Shown here piece by piece: positions 8,670-17,805 of a DNA stretch of 64,000 bases. The notes below the pieces were generated by a model that saw nothing but the letters and a program-made list of their open reading frames with translations, was not told where the DNA came from and made no database searches. How positions within the stretch are numbered: position 1 is the stretch's first letter; each line of letters starts with the position of its first letter. Position numbers and translations under genes: made by a program. Origin of the DNA: a virus. The stretch covers positions 1-64,000 of IMG/VR virus record IMGVR_UViG_3300031240_000002; one strand, written 5' to 3'.

Positions 8670-10073
8670 TCACCAGCGATCGCGGGGCTGTTCCCCGAAC
8701 GACAGGTCGCCCTGGACCTCGTCGTCCGGGTCGGCCGGCTCGGTGAAGAGCGTGTACTCCGGCCACCAGTCCATCTTCGCCTCGCCCTTCGCGCTGTTCC
8801 GGAACTTTCCGATGATGAGCCGCGCCGGGCAGCTCCCGGTTGCCGGCGCCTCTCCTTCCCACCAAGGGAAGAGCACGGCGTCCGCGTCCTGCTCGACGGC
8901 GCCTGATTCGCGCAGGTCCGACAAGATCGGCGGGCGCGCCTTGCCGTCCTTCCCCTTCATGTTGTCGCGATTGAGCTGGGAGATCATGACCACGGGGCAG
9001 TCGGCCTCGGTCCGGTGGGAGAGCGCCTTGAACATCCCCGACATCTTCGCGACCTCGCGCTCCCGGTTCCGCTCCTCCCGATCGGGGCGGACCAGCCCCA
9101 GGTAGTCGATCACGATCAGCGCGCGGGGACCCGGGTGCCGCGCGCGCCAGCGCCGCGCCTCCGCGCAGATGCGGGACGCGGTCAGCTTTCGGTCGTCCAC
9201 GTAGAGCGGGATCTCGCGCTCGTCGTTGTCTAGGCTGAGCCGTGAGGCGGCTCGGGCGACCCTGCTCCACTGCTCAACCGACATCCGACCGAGGGAGACG
9301 TGGCGCCCATTCACCCTCGCCTCGCCCGCGAGCGCCCGCTCGACCATCTGGTCGAGGCTCATCTCGAGCGAGAATACGAGGGTGGGGATCTTCTGGACGA
9401 TGGCCGCGCGGACGGCCATACAGAACGCCCACGCCGTCTTGGCCCGGCCAGGGTTGCCGGCCACCACGATCAGCTCGTTCGATCGGAATCCCGCGAGCTT
9501 CTCGTCGACCGACTTGATCCCGGTTGGGACCAGGCTGCCTTCGGGATTGTCCCCCCGCTCCTCCATCCGCTTCATGACGCCATCGACCGCGTCGCCGACA
9601 CGTACGGGGCCACCCGGGGCGAGGACCTCGATCTCGCCCGCGTGGTGCCGCAGGTCCGCCAGGAGATCCGTCGCCGTGACCGTTCCCCCCAGCGCGGCCG
9701 ACCGGATCTCCGCGCAGGTCGCCACCAGCCGCCGCAGCTGAGACTTCTCCGCCACGACTGCGGCGTAGTGCGGCGCGTGCTCCGCCGATCCACAGGTGTT
9801 CACGCATCCGAGCAGGTATGCCCCGCCCCCCTCGAGCCGCCTCCAGGTGTCCTGCCGGCGCATCTCGTCCTCGATCATGATGAGCTCGATCGGCTTTTTC
9901 GCGGCCTCCAACGCGCGCATCGCCTCGAACACCGACCGATGGATCGGCAGGAAGAAATCGTCGACCTGGAGCGCCGCGAGGTCGTCCATTGCCGACTGCT
10001 TCAGGAACACGGAGCCAAGCGCCGCCTTTTCGGCATCCAGATCGTGCGGGGGGGGTCTAATATCGTCGGCCAC
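8670..10073 (-). CDS. dnaB: replicative DNA helicase
   Basis: PPHDLDAEKAALG, VPTGIKSVD, AGNPGRAKT, FSLEMS, IVIDYLGL, SQLNR, PILSDLRESGAVEQDAD. Confidence 0.96.
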   Translation of the reverse strand: MADDIRPPPHDLDAEKAALGSVFLKQSAMDDLAALQVDDFFLPIHRSVFEAMRALEAAKKPIELIMIEDEMRRQDTWRRLEGGGAYLLGCVNTCGSAEHAPHYAAVVAEKSQLRRLVATCAEIRSAALGGTVTATDLLADLRHHAGEIEVLAPGGPVRVGDAVDGVMKRMEERGDNPEGSLVPTGIKSVDEKLAGFRSNELIVVAGNPGRAKTAWAFCMAVRAAIVQKIPTLVFSLEMSLDQMVERALAGEARVNGRHVSLGRMSVEQWSRVARAASRLSLDNDEREIPLYVDDRKLTASRICAEARRWRARHPGPRALIVIDYLGLVRPDREERNREREVAKMSGMFKALSHRTEADCPVVMISQLNRDNMKGKDGKARPPILSDLRESGAVEQDADAVLFPWWEGEAPATGSCPARLIIGKFRNSAKGEAKMDWWPEYTLFTEPADPDDEVQGDLSFGEQPRDRW

Positions 10074-10115
10074 CTTGGGTCACCTATCTGGCCTGGGGCG
10101 TTTTGCCCCGACCGC

Positions 10116-10886
10116 CTAGCTTGCGTTTGTAGCGCTTCCGGGAGCCCGGACGTCCGCAGGCTGCGGCCCCCCCTGCGAAGTCGCGCCAGTGGGCACGGCA
10201 CGCGGTCGGATGGGCGGTTCCTTCGGCCTCGGCTCCCCCTTGGGGAGGTTCGGGAGCAAGCGGCCATGCGAGGCGGCAGCGGTCGGCGGCCGGGTAGCCG
10301 GGGGCCGCTCGTCCTGCCAACGCATCTGGTTGAGCCACGTCGCCGGGTGCGGTCGGTGCTCCGGCTCGCGGGCCATGAAGATCTCCCGCTGCCAGGCGAG
10401 CGCCTCCAGGATCACTTGGATCAGATCATCCTTGGGGTTGATCTTGATCCAAGATCGCATCGCGGCTGCCCTGGCGACCTTCCTGGGGTATGCGTCCCAG
10501 AAGGCTAAGAACCCCGGGGGCTCAACGCGCACGCGCGTCTGAATTACCGCTAAGCCCGGATGATGATTCAGATCCGGAGAAGACGCAGAGCCGGATCCTG
10601 AAGAAGAGATCAGACCCCCCAAACCCCCCAACGCTAGGGGTAGCGACCCGTGATCACCCGTGGTCACCCCTGTCCGCCGGTGCTCACCGGTGCGCATGGG
10701 TGGTGGCTCTATGTGCACATATGCGGATCTGATCTGCTTCTCGGTGGCGCCCGGAAGCCGTCCGGCGATCCTTTCCACGGTCTCGAACCTGGACCCACAG
10801 GCGCACTCGATGACCCTGACGGTCATCTGCAGGACGCGACTGGTCCTGGTGACGCGCGTGGGAGATCCGCAGTCAGCGCAGTCCAT
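10116..10886 (-). CDS. phage replication initiator with N-terminal zinc ribbon
   Basis: FLAFWDAYPRKVARAAAMRSW...HPATWLNQMRWQDE; immediately upstream of dnaB. Confidence 0.8.
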   Translation of the reverse strand: MDCADCGSPTRVTRTSRVLQMTVRVIECACGSRFETVERIAGRLPGATEKQIRSAYVHIEPPPMRTGEHRRTGVTTGDHGSLPLALGGLGGLISSSGSGSASSPDLNHHPGLAVIQTRVRVEPPGFLAFWDAYPRKVARAAAMRSWIKINPKDDLIQVILEALAWQREIFMAREPEHRPHPATWLNQMRWQDERPPATRPPTAAASHGRLLPNLPKGEPRPKEPPIRPRAVPTGATSQGGPQPADVRAPGSATNAS

Positions 10887-11062
10887 CGAACGCTCCTCGC
10901 CTCGCGCCCTCTACCCCCCACCGCCGCGAGCTGCTCGCGAGATTGTTCAGGCCCCGTTGCGGGCTCTGCTGCGATGGAGGATGGAAGGCGCGAGGCTGCT
11001 TCATCTGGGGACCTGAACGGGTCGAACGTAAGGGATCGCCGCGAATGAGATCCACTTCTTTT

Positions 11063-11094
11063 TCATCCGCAGTTCACCCACAGGGTTGCCCACA
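11063..11094 (+). promoter_or_regulatory. three phased DnaA-box-like sites
   Basis: TCATCCGCA 11063, TCACCCACA 11074, TTGCCCACA 11086 in the intergenic gap upstream of the initiator. Confidence 0.5.
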
Positions 11095-11105
11095 GGCGGA
11101 ATCCC

Positions 11106-12572
11106 CTACGGCTCGATCGCCTCGACGACGAGCTCACCGTCGGCCACCCGCGTGGCGAACAGCTGCCAGTTGTCGGCCGTCGCCTCCTTCACGAACTCGA
11201 CCCCCCGAACCGCGTCGAGCCGCTCCAGGCCGTCCACGATAAGGATCTTGGACTTCGCGTTGGTCCTCTTCGCCAGCCGGACCGCGAACCGCATCTGCTC
11301 GGCCCCTGAGAGGCTGGTGAGGTCGGTCCCGTCCAGGGTCATGCGGTCCCCCTCAAGCGCCACCCCTTCAATCCCGCCGCTGGCGGCGAGTTGGCGGGGG
11401 GCTTCGTCGGTGAGCCGCTTGACGATCTTGTCCAGGTCCTCGGCCGCCTTCTCTGCCGCGCGGGCCTCGCTGGCGGCGATCTGGGCGCGGGCGTAGATCT
11501 CCCGGCCTCCGGCAGCGGCGATCGCGCGCTCCGCCCTGGCGCGGGCCGACGTCAGGCGCCCCTCGGCCTGCTGGCGATCTTCGGCGGTCACCGCGCTGAC
11601 CTCGGTCGCGGCGATCGTTCGCTCGAGGTCGTCGGCCGCCTCTCGCCGGCTGAAGACCGTCGCCTTCTTTTCGCTGACCTCGCGCGCCTCGTCCTTGACG
11701 ATCTGGAGGCCGCGGCGAAGGTCGACAAGCTGCTGCTCAACCTTCCCGATCAGCGCCTGGATTTCGGCGACCTCACCATCGTAGTCGCGCCTCGTTTTGG
11801 GAAGGCTAGCCTCAGCGGCGTCGGCGGTCGCTCGCAGTTCCGCAATCCGAGTCCTGGCCGCCTCGTTGCCCTCCCGGATCTGGGTGACCGCTGCCTCGCG
11901 CGCGGAGATCGCCTTCATCGCCTCGCCGGCCGCTTCGAGCTCGGCCACCGCCCCCGCGTCGTTTTCAGGGAGAACCGCCGGTGCCGCCTCGGCCGCAGCG
12001 TCCCAGGCGCGCTGCTTCTCCTTGTGGACCCGGTTCGCCTCCGTGCGCCGCTCGTAGAAGTGCTTGCGGTAGCGGTCGATCACCTCCAGCGCCGGGCCGC
12101 TCGACCCCATCTGGTCGACCAGCTTGGCGTCCCCCGTCCACTCGACCACCTGGTCGCGGGTGACGGTGAGGGCCATCGCGTCGAGCACCATCGCCCTCCG
12201 CTTCTTCGGGTCCGCCAGGAAGAACGACAGGGCGTCGATCCCGCTGGTGCCAAGGATCTCGTCGAGGCGGCTCTGCGGCTTCGACCAGCGGTCGCCGTCC
12301 TTGTTCGTGACCGCCAGGCTTGGGCCGTTCTCTGAGATGCGCCGGCGGACACGGAGGCCGTCCATGCTGATGAGGATCTCCGAGGAGTCGGCGCCGTGGC
12401 GGATGTCGCTCGGGTCGATCCCGCGCGCCGCCAGCGCCGCCGAGATCGCGTTGAGGATCGACGTCTTCCCCTTGGCGTTCGGCCCCTTCACCGTGAGCCC
12501 GGCAGGCCCCACGTCGGTCGCGAACTCTTTGACCCCTCGGTAGTCCTTGATCTCAATCCTGGTGATCTTCAT
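11106..12572 (-). CDS. SMC/Rad50-like ABC ATPase
   Basis: MKITRIEIKDYRGV, GPNAKGKTS, long coiled coil, LSGAEQ signature, LIVDGLERLD. Confidence 0.88.
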   Translation of the reverse strand: MKITRIEIKDYRGVKEFATDVGPAGLTVKGPNAKGKTSILNAISAALAARGIDPSDIRHGADSSEILISMDGLRVRRRISENGPSLAVTNKDGDRWSKPQSRLDEILGTSGIDALSFFLADPKKRRAMVLDAMALTVTRDQVVEWTGDAKLVDQMGSSGPALEVIDRYRKHFYERRTEANRVHKEKQRAWDAAAEAAPAVLPENDAGAVAELEAAGEAMKAISAREAAVTQIREGNEAARTRIAELRATADAAEASLPKTRRDYDGEVAEIQALIGKVEQQLVDLRRGLQIVKDEAREVSEKKATVFSRREAADDLERTIAATEVSAVTAEDRQQAEGRLTSARARAERAIAAAGGREIYARAQIAASEARAAEKAAEDLDKIVKRLTDEAPRQLAASGGIEGVALEGDRMTLDGTDLTSLSGAEQMRFAVRLAKRTNAKSKILIVDGLERLDAVRGVEFVKEATADNWQLFATRVADGELVVEAIEP

Positions 12573-13735
12573 GGCTGTCCCTCTCCGGTAGCGGTGGTGG
12601 TGGCGAACGCGCGACCGAGCTCGACGAAGCTGGCCAACTCGGCGAGGTACGCCTCGTCGCCGCCGTCGACCTTCAGCCCCATCAGCGCCCGAGTGTCGTC
12701 GAGCTGCTGGACCGTCAGCTTGTTCGAGTCGCCTTCGTGGAAGACCTCCTCGCGCCACTTCCGGGACTTCTCCAGGTCCCAGCCGAGCTTCTCGCGAAGC
12801 GTGACCAGGTCTTTAACGATCGCCGCGCGCTCGGTCGCCGTCCCGGCCTTGGCAGCGGCGCTGGTCTCTGGCACCGCCGAGCCGAGCGCCCAGGTCGCCA
12901 TGGCCGCGCCCATCTCCTCGTCGACCTGACGGGCCCGCTCGAACAGCTTCTTAAACGGGCCCTTCTTCACGGACGCTCGCTCGCCCTTCTTCTCGGGCTT
13001 CCAGTCGGGGATCCCTTCGGAGAGCGCCGGGAGCATCATCGACACGGTCATCTCGAAGAGGAGATCGTCGCCGCTGATCGGCATGAACCCCTTGTCGCGG
13101 TCCTTCCCTTTGGCCTCCATGTCCTGCTTGGGCTTCGCGCGGAAGCCCCAGAACAGGATCACCCCGAGCTGCATGAGCTCGTTGATCATCCGGCGCCGGT
13201 CCATCTTCGGCTGCTTCCAGGCCGCCATCGAGAGTGCCTCCCGGTCGGACGCCTTGCCCCACCGGCGCACCTGCTCCTCCTGCATCCGGTCGATCTCGGC
13301 CTCGTGCTCCTCGAGGAGGCCGCCGATCCCGTCGTGCTCGTGCGAGCCCGAGTCGATGACGATCACCGTCGCGCCTGCCTTGGCCGCCTGTAAGATCGCC
13401 GCGAGGTAGTGGAGCGACCCGAACGGCGGGTCGAAGTGGATGTGGTCGAACCGGTAGCCGTAGGTCTGCTCGTACCAGTCGGCGTAGTGAAGGGCGCGGT
13501 CGTTCTCCGTGTCGACCACCGCGACCTTTCCGCCGACGATCTTCTGCGCGCCGGCCGCCATCCGCAGCATGGACTTCGTCTTGCCGCAGCCGCTCGGGCC
13601 GTTGGCGCTGATCCAGAGCGGCACCCGCTTGCGGACGGCGGGCTCGATCTTGAACGTGCGATGGGCCGCGCGGCTCACCGTCGATGGGTCCTGCGGCGGT
13701 GCTGCCGCTACCTGCGGCTTCGATGCATGTGCCAT
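12569..13735 (-). CDS. Sak4-like AAA ATPase / single-strand annealing recombinase
   Basis: GPSGCGKT, VVDTE, VIVIDSGSHE, W..PK, FEMT; adjacent to an exonuclease. Confidence 0.8.
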   Translation of the reverse strand: MAHASKPQVAAAPPQDPSTVSRAAHRTFKIEPAVRKRVPLWISANGPSGCGKTKSMLRMAAGAQKIVGGKVAVVDTENDRALHYADWYEQTYGYRFDHIHFDPPFGSLHYLAAILQAAKAGATVIVIDSGSHEHDGIGGLLEEHEAEIDRMQEEQVRRWGKASDREALSMAAWKQPKMDRRRMINELMQLGVILFWGFRAKPKQDMEAKGKDRDKGFMPISGDDLLFEMTVSMMLPALSEGIPDWKPEKKGERASVKKGPFKKLFERARQVDEEMGAAMATWALGSAVPETSAAAKAGTATERAAIVKDLVTLREKLGWDLEKSRKWREEVFHEGDSNKLTVQQLDDTRALMGLKVDGGDEAYLAELASFVELGRAFATTTATGEGQP

Positions 13736-13746
13736 GGTCGGTCTCC

Positions 13747-14706
13747 TCAGAATGCGGGCGGGGGGTTGTTGAACGCCGCGAAGGCGGCGTCACTGTCTTC
13801 GGCGACGGCCCACGGCATCGCCTCAAGTCTCACGATCTGGCGGGGGCGCGGCGGCCAGTATTGGCGCGCGGTCCCGAGCCGGATGGATCCGGCCCAGCCG
13901 TCGAACCCGCGGCGCCGCTTCTGCTCCCCAACCTGGCGCATCGTCCCGGCGAATTCGGTCACCAGGACTTCAAACGCCGGCGCGCCCTCGAGAAAGATGA
14001 ACCGCATGTTCCAGCGGCCATCGCTGTCGGCCACTAGGTGCTCGGCGCCCTTGATGTAGTGGGCGGCGGCCAGGTCGTAGCCGAACGAATGGCAGGCCAT
14101 CCGGCAGGCCCGGGGATTCGCCCGCGGGATCGTCTTGAGGTCGTCGATGATCAGCGTGGCGGGGTCAGGCCGCCAGCCGTCGTAGCGCGCGCGGCATAGG
14201 ACGCCATCCTCCTCCCAGACCGCCGTCACCTCGGTCTGCACGCCATCGAAGGTGACCCCCCAGTCGTCGCGGAGCTTGCGCGTGTAGGTCTCCGCCTCGG
14301 CCGTGTAGTCGTCCATGTCGGCGGCGAGGACGGGAATCAGCCCCACCGACCGGATCTCGTTGCGCCGCCGCTTCGCCCAGTCCTTCCGCCAGTCGTCGGC
14401 GGGCACCGTCGCGAAGTCCTGCCCGCGCCCGAGCACCAGCTTGTGGATGATCGAGCCGCGGTCCATCGACTTCGTGCCTCCCCCGCCCACGTCGCCGCCG
14501 AGCCTGGGGTGCGCGTACCAGCCGTAGAGCGGAGCGTCGGCCGCGATCTCCTTCGCGACGCTCGCGTTCAGCGAGGGGCGCGCGCAAGGATCGGATAGGT
14601 ATCTGTCGTGCGGCACGTCGAGGTGGAGTCCCACGCCGATCGGCGGCAGCTGGCCGGGCGGCGCGGGGGGGAAGAACTCCTCGACGATGTCCTCCGGTCC
14701 GCTCAC
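13747..14706 (-). CDS. RecE/DUF3799-like PD-(D/E)XK exonuclease
   Basis: GTG 14706; SLNAS, MDRGSIIHKLVL, CRARYD, IIDDLKT, YDLAAAHY. Confidence 0.85.
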   Translation of the reverse strand: MSGPEDIVEEFFPPAPPGQLPPIGVGLHLDVPHDRYLSDPCARPSLNASVAKEIAADAPLYGWYAHPRLGGDVGGGGTKSMDRGSIIHKLVLGRGQDFATVPADDWRKDWAKRRRNEIRSVGLIPVLAADMDDYTAEAETYTRKLRDDWGVTFDGVQTEVTAVWEEDGVLCRARYDGWRPDPATLIIDDLKTIPRANPRACRMACHSFGYDLAAAHYIKGAEHLVADSDGRWNMRFIFLEGAPAFEVLVTEFAGTMRQVGEQKRRRGFDGWAGSIRLGTARQYWPPRPRQIVRLEAMPWAVAEDSDAAFAAFNNPPPAF

Positions 14707-14939
14707 GACGCGCCCCGCGCCGCGCGCGCAGGGTCTGGGTACGCCTTCAGGAGCGAGTCCCGATGGATCCAGAGCGTGATCGAGCTCTTCACGAATGGCG
14801 CCCGCTCCGGGTGGACCTGTGGCAGGCGGCGCGATCGGTTGTAGATGCTCGACACCGCCCGGTCCACCAGCTTCGCGGCCTCGTCCACCGTCAGGTAGCC
14901 GAGGTCGCGCATTGTCGTTTCCTCGTCGGTCTGTGCCAT
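14703..14939 (-). CDS. small HTH (excisionase-like) DNA-binding protein
   Basis: YLTVDEAAKLVDRAVSSIY. Confidence 0.7.
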   Translation of the reverse strand: MAQTDEETTMRDLGYLTVDEAAKLVDRAVSSIYNRSRRLPQVHPERAPFVKSSITLWIHRDSLLKAYPDPARAARGAS

Positions 14940-14947
14940 CGCGGCGG

Positions 14948-14958
14948 GATACTACGCG
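14948..14958 (-). promoter_or_regulatory. CGCGTAGTATC motif copy 5
   Basis: its TAG is the stop of the sigma-like gene; TAGTAT 9 nt before ATG 14939. Confidence 0.75.
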
Positions 14959-15806
14959 GAGGCGGAGCGCGGCAGGCCGAGGCCCCAGAACTCGTACCCG
15001 TTCTGCGCCTTCGTGCAGAGCCCGACGTCGGCCGCCGCGCGCACAGCCGCAGCGGAGATCGACCGGAAGGTCTGGCCGCGATAGGTGAATGTCTCCATTC
15101 CGACCAGAAGGCTCTGGTCTCCGCGGCGGACCACCGTATTCGGCGGCGGCAGCCGTGGATCTCGCGCCGCGCGCCGCACCGCCGCGATCGAGACGTCGGG
15201 GCCCACCGCCGCAGCGAAGCGTCCGAGCACCCGCCGTGCGCGCCGACGCCCGATCTTGGACCGCGAGCGTCCGCTGGTGACGACGTCTCGCACGAGGCGG
15301 CGCTCCTCCGGGGCGAGCGACCGGAGCACCTGCGCAGCTCGCTGGCCGCGATCGGCCTCGCCGGGCAACAGCGTCTCGCGGGCAGACTCCCCAACCTGGA
15401 CGGCCTTCACGCATCCGTCGTCCTCGATCCCATCGCTGTAACCGCACCCAGCGAGCGGGACGGCGTGCGCCGGCGCCACCTCATGCGCCAGGCGCCGCTG
15501 CGTGACGTGCTCGCTCACGCTCACCTGGTGCTCGGCCTTCCGCACCGCGTGGATGACGCGCCGGAAGGCGACCCTGCTCATCGGGGTGAACGGGTTGTCG
15601 CCCTCGAACTTCCCGCCGTAGCGCGCGGCCCATTCGAGCGCCCAGAGCACGGCCTCCTGGTAGACGTCGTCGACGTCCTGGCTCGGGACGGCGCGCGCCA
15701 TCCGCGCCCGGACGTTGGCGGCGACCTCCAGCGCCTTCTGCTCGACGACGTGACGGGGGAGGGTCGGGCTCTTTACGGCGATTCCCTGATCGGTGACTCT
15801 CGGCAT
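14952..15806 (-). CDS. sigma-70/ECF-like factor fused to a C-terminal DUF2924-like domain
   Basis: region-2-like DVDDVYQEAVLWALEWAARY; region-4-like LRSLAPEERRLV...GRSRSKIG; C-terminal FTYRGQTFRSISAAA...NGYEFWGL; GAGGAG SD. Confidence 0.7.
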   Translation of the reverse strand: MPRVTDQGIAVKSPTLPRHVVEQKALEVAANVRARMARAVPSQDVDDVYQEAVLWALEWAARYGGKFEGDNPFTPMSRVAFRRVIHAVRKAEHQVSVSEHVTQRRLAHEVAPAHAVPLAGCGYSDGIEDDGCVKAVQVGESARETLLPGEADRGQRAAQVLRSLAPEERRLVRDVVTSGRSRSKIGRRRARRVLGRFAAAVGPDVSIAAVRRAARDPRLPPPNTVVRRGDQSLLVGMETFTYRGQTFRSISAAAVRAAADVGLCTKAQNGYEFWGLGLPRSASA

Positions 15807-15840
15807 AGGTACTCCTCTTGGTCGGGGGGTCCTGGGGTTC

Positions 15841-15883
15841 AGGGCGACGGTCCGGGTAGTCCGGGCCGCCGCCCTTTCTTTTT
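15841..15883 (+). terminator. intrinsic terminator on the antisense (+) strand
   Basis: AGGGCGACGGTCCGG-GTAGT-CCGGGCCGCCGCCCT followed by TTCTTTTT. Confidence 0.55.
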
Positions 15884-15914
15884 GCCGAGCCCCTACTGGC
15901 GCCCGACAACCTCG

Positions 15915-15944
15915 ACCATACGCCGGGTCGGTGACGCCGGTAAA
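15915..15944 (-). promoter_or_regulatory. putative sigma70 promoter of the sigma-like gene
   Basis: TTTACC-N18-TATGGT. Confidence 0.45.
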
Positions 15945-15972
15945 CTAAGAAATCGCGGTGGCCGGTCGATTT

Positions 15973-16554
15973 CTACGAAATGGGGATCGGGGTCTCGCCC
16001 ATGACCTTCCCGTAGTGGGCGATCAGCAGGGCATCGACGCGGCCGATCATCAGCCCCCCGCGGGGGCCGCGCAGGAGATGGTTTGCGGCGGGATATAGCT
16101 GGCCGGCGACCTGCGCCACGGCGCCGTCGTCCTTGTTCGTCCCCCGAAGCACCGCCGCCTTCCAGGTCGCAGGGTGGACCCGTTCGTGCGAGAGCTTCAG
16201 CGCGGTCAGCGCCATGCACCAAAGGCCGTAGCCGAAGCCGAAATTAAACATCGACGTCGCGCCCATCGTCCGGCGGCCACCGTCGATCGACGGCATCGCG
16301 TTGACCTTCTCCAGGGTGACGTGGACGCTGGTGGCGGCGTATTGGGTGGAGGCCAAGAGCCCCTCCAGGATCGTCACCATCTGGTGCTCGTCTGGGATGT
16401 TCTTCGCGCCCATCTTCGTGCCGCCGGTCTTCGCCCGCTTCTTGATCTGCATCTCGATCACCGGCATGTCCCAGACGCGGACGGTCCCGTCTGGCGAGAT
16501 GATGGCGACGGCTCCCGAGAGGCCCGGATCGATCCCGGCGTAGGCGACGCTCAC
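15973..16554 (-). CDS. RuvC-like Holliday junction resolvase
   Basis: YAGIDPGLSGAVA, TLEKV, SMFNFGFGYG, PATWK, DALLIAHYG. Confidence 0.88.
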   Translation of the reverse strand: MSVAYAGIDPGLSGAVAIISPDGTVRVWDMPVIEMQIKKRAKTGGTKMGAKNIPDEHQMVTILEGLLASTQYAATSVHVTLEKVNAMPSIDGGRRTMGATSMFNFGFGYGLWCMALTALKLSHERVHPATWKAAVLRGTNKDDGAVAQVAGQLYPAANHLLRGPRGGLMIGRVDALLIAHYGKVMGETPIPIS

Positions 16555-16883
16555 AGCGTCCGCATCCCGGGCGGCGTGCCTCGTCTCGGACCGGTGAGGA
16601 ACGAGTCGCCGATCGTCCCGTCGAGGAACGAGGCCCCGACGTTCATGGCGATGACGTCGGCGGCGGTGATCGGTTGGCCCTCGTCCGCGCGCTGCCGGTC
16701 CAGCAGGTCGAGCGATCGGGCGACCTCATTGCGGCGGACCGCCATCACGTAGGTGTTCCAGGCGTAGCAGTCCTGCCACCACTGGTAGAGCGCGTCCGTT
16801 TCGGTTGGATGCAGCTCGTCCGCTGGCCGCACCGGCGCCTCCCCCGGGTGCGGGAACCTCTCTGCCCACGTCTTCGTCGCCAT
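16551..16883 (-). CDS. hypothetical protein
   Basis: MATKTWAERF..., ATG 8 nt after TAGTAT. Confidence 0.65.
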   Translation of the reverse strand: MATKTWAERFPHPGEAPVRPADELHPTETDALYQWWQDCYAWNTYVMAVRRNEVARSLDLLDRQRADEGQPITAADVIAMNVGASFLDGTIGDSFLTGPRRGTPPGMRTL

Positions 16884-16890
16884 GGGCGCG

Positions 16891-16901
16891 GATACTACGC
16901 G
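16891..16901 (-). promoter_or_regulatory. CGCGTAGTATC motif copy 6
   Basis: exact 11-mer; TAGTAT 8 nt before ATG 16883. Confidence 0.75.
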
Positions 16902-16903
16902 GA

Positions 16904-17086
16904 CTAGGGGACGCCCGAGAGCACCCGGTTGAGCACGTCGCGGGCGACGCGGAGGCGCTCCCGGCAAAGCTCGCGCTCGAGCGGGTCGGGTTCGGTGGGC
17001 AGGAGAAAGCCGTCGGGCTCGGCCCAGTCGTGCAGGGCCCGCACGACATCGTCGCGGAGCGCCATCACTTCGGCCGCGCTCATCAC
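16904..17086 (-). CDS. small hypothetical protein
   Basis: 60 aa; TAGCGT 7 nt before the start. Confidence 0.55.
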   Translation of the reverse strand: MMSAAEVMALRDDVVRALHDWAEPDGFLLPTEPDPLERELCRERLRVARDVLNRVLSGVP

Positions 17087-17096
17087 GGCGGGGACG

Positions 17097-17417
17097 CTAC
17101 CCTGCCGCCTCGATGTCGTCGAGGAAGGCGACTAGAGCTCGCGCAGTGAGGCGGCCATCGGCGCAGATTCGGCGGACAAATAGAGCGCGTTCGTCTGGCG
17201 CAAGCCGGTCAATGCCTCCTGCAGCAGCACCAAACTGGGTAGCGATCGCGTTGAAAAGCGTCGTCGCACGAGCCAGTCGGAGGGCTCCGTCTGAGGCGGG
17301 TCTACGGGGGGGGCGCTCCGTCGGCGTTCTGTCGTCGTCTCCGAACGCATCTCGAACGCCATCCGCTTCATGGTCTCGTCCCCCATCGTCGTCGCCCCCC
17401 GGTGGCATTGTGCTCAT
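17097..17417 (-). CDS. hypothetical protein
   Basis: 106 aa in operon position. Confidence 0.5.
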   Translation of the reverse strand: MSTMPPGGDDDGGRDHEADGVRDAFGDDDRTPTERPPRRPASDGALRLARATTLFNAIATQFGAAAGGIDRLAPDERALFVRRICADGRLTARALVAFLDDIEAAG

Positions 17418-17420
17418 TGT

Positions 17421-17774
17421 TTAGGTCCCCGGAGGTTTCGGTTTCTTCACGAAGTCGGTTCCGATTGTCGGCGTATCGGTTCCGCGCGGTAGCTCGGCCG
17501 GTCCAATCTGGGATCGCATCGTGTGCACGAGCTTGATCAGGCCGGCAATTCCTCCGAGCACCAGGGCCAGGCGCTTCAGGAACGTCCCCAAGCGGTCGAG
17601 GCGCTCCGACCAGGCGTCGATCCATTTCGACAGCCTGCGCCTCCAGGCCCCTGCCAGGAGCTCTCCCGCGTGCGCCTCGGGGTCGACGGCGATCCCCGGG
17701 GGGGAAACGATCCCGCGCTCGACGTCCTGGCGCTGCCCCTCGATGATCTTGTGCAGATCCTTCGAGGGCGACAT
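17421..17774 (-). CDS. single-pass membrane protein (lysis-region candidate)
   Basis: hydrophobic LALVLGGIAGLIKLV segment. Confidence 0.55.
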   Translation of the reverse strand: MSPSKDLHKIIEGQRQDVERGIVSPPGIAVDPEAHAGELLAGAWRRRLSKWIDAWSERLDRLGTFLKRLALVLGGIAGLIKLVHTMRSQIGPAELPRGTDTPTIGTDFVKKPKPPGT

Positions 17775-17805
17775 GGCCCATATTCATACAGGCCCCCACA
17801 GTTGG

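Noticed and set aside
13747-15447. 566-aa version of the exonuclease ORF (and the extended starts of 11106-12758, 8410-9270, 56009-57154)
   Set aside because: The N-terminal extensions overlap other real genes. Coupled or promoter-proximal starts at 14706, 12572, 8649 and 56539 fit better.
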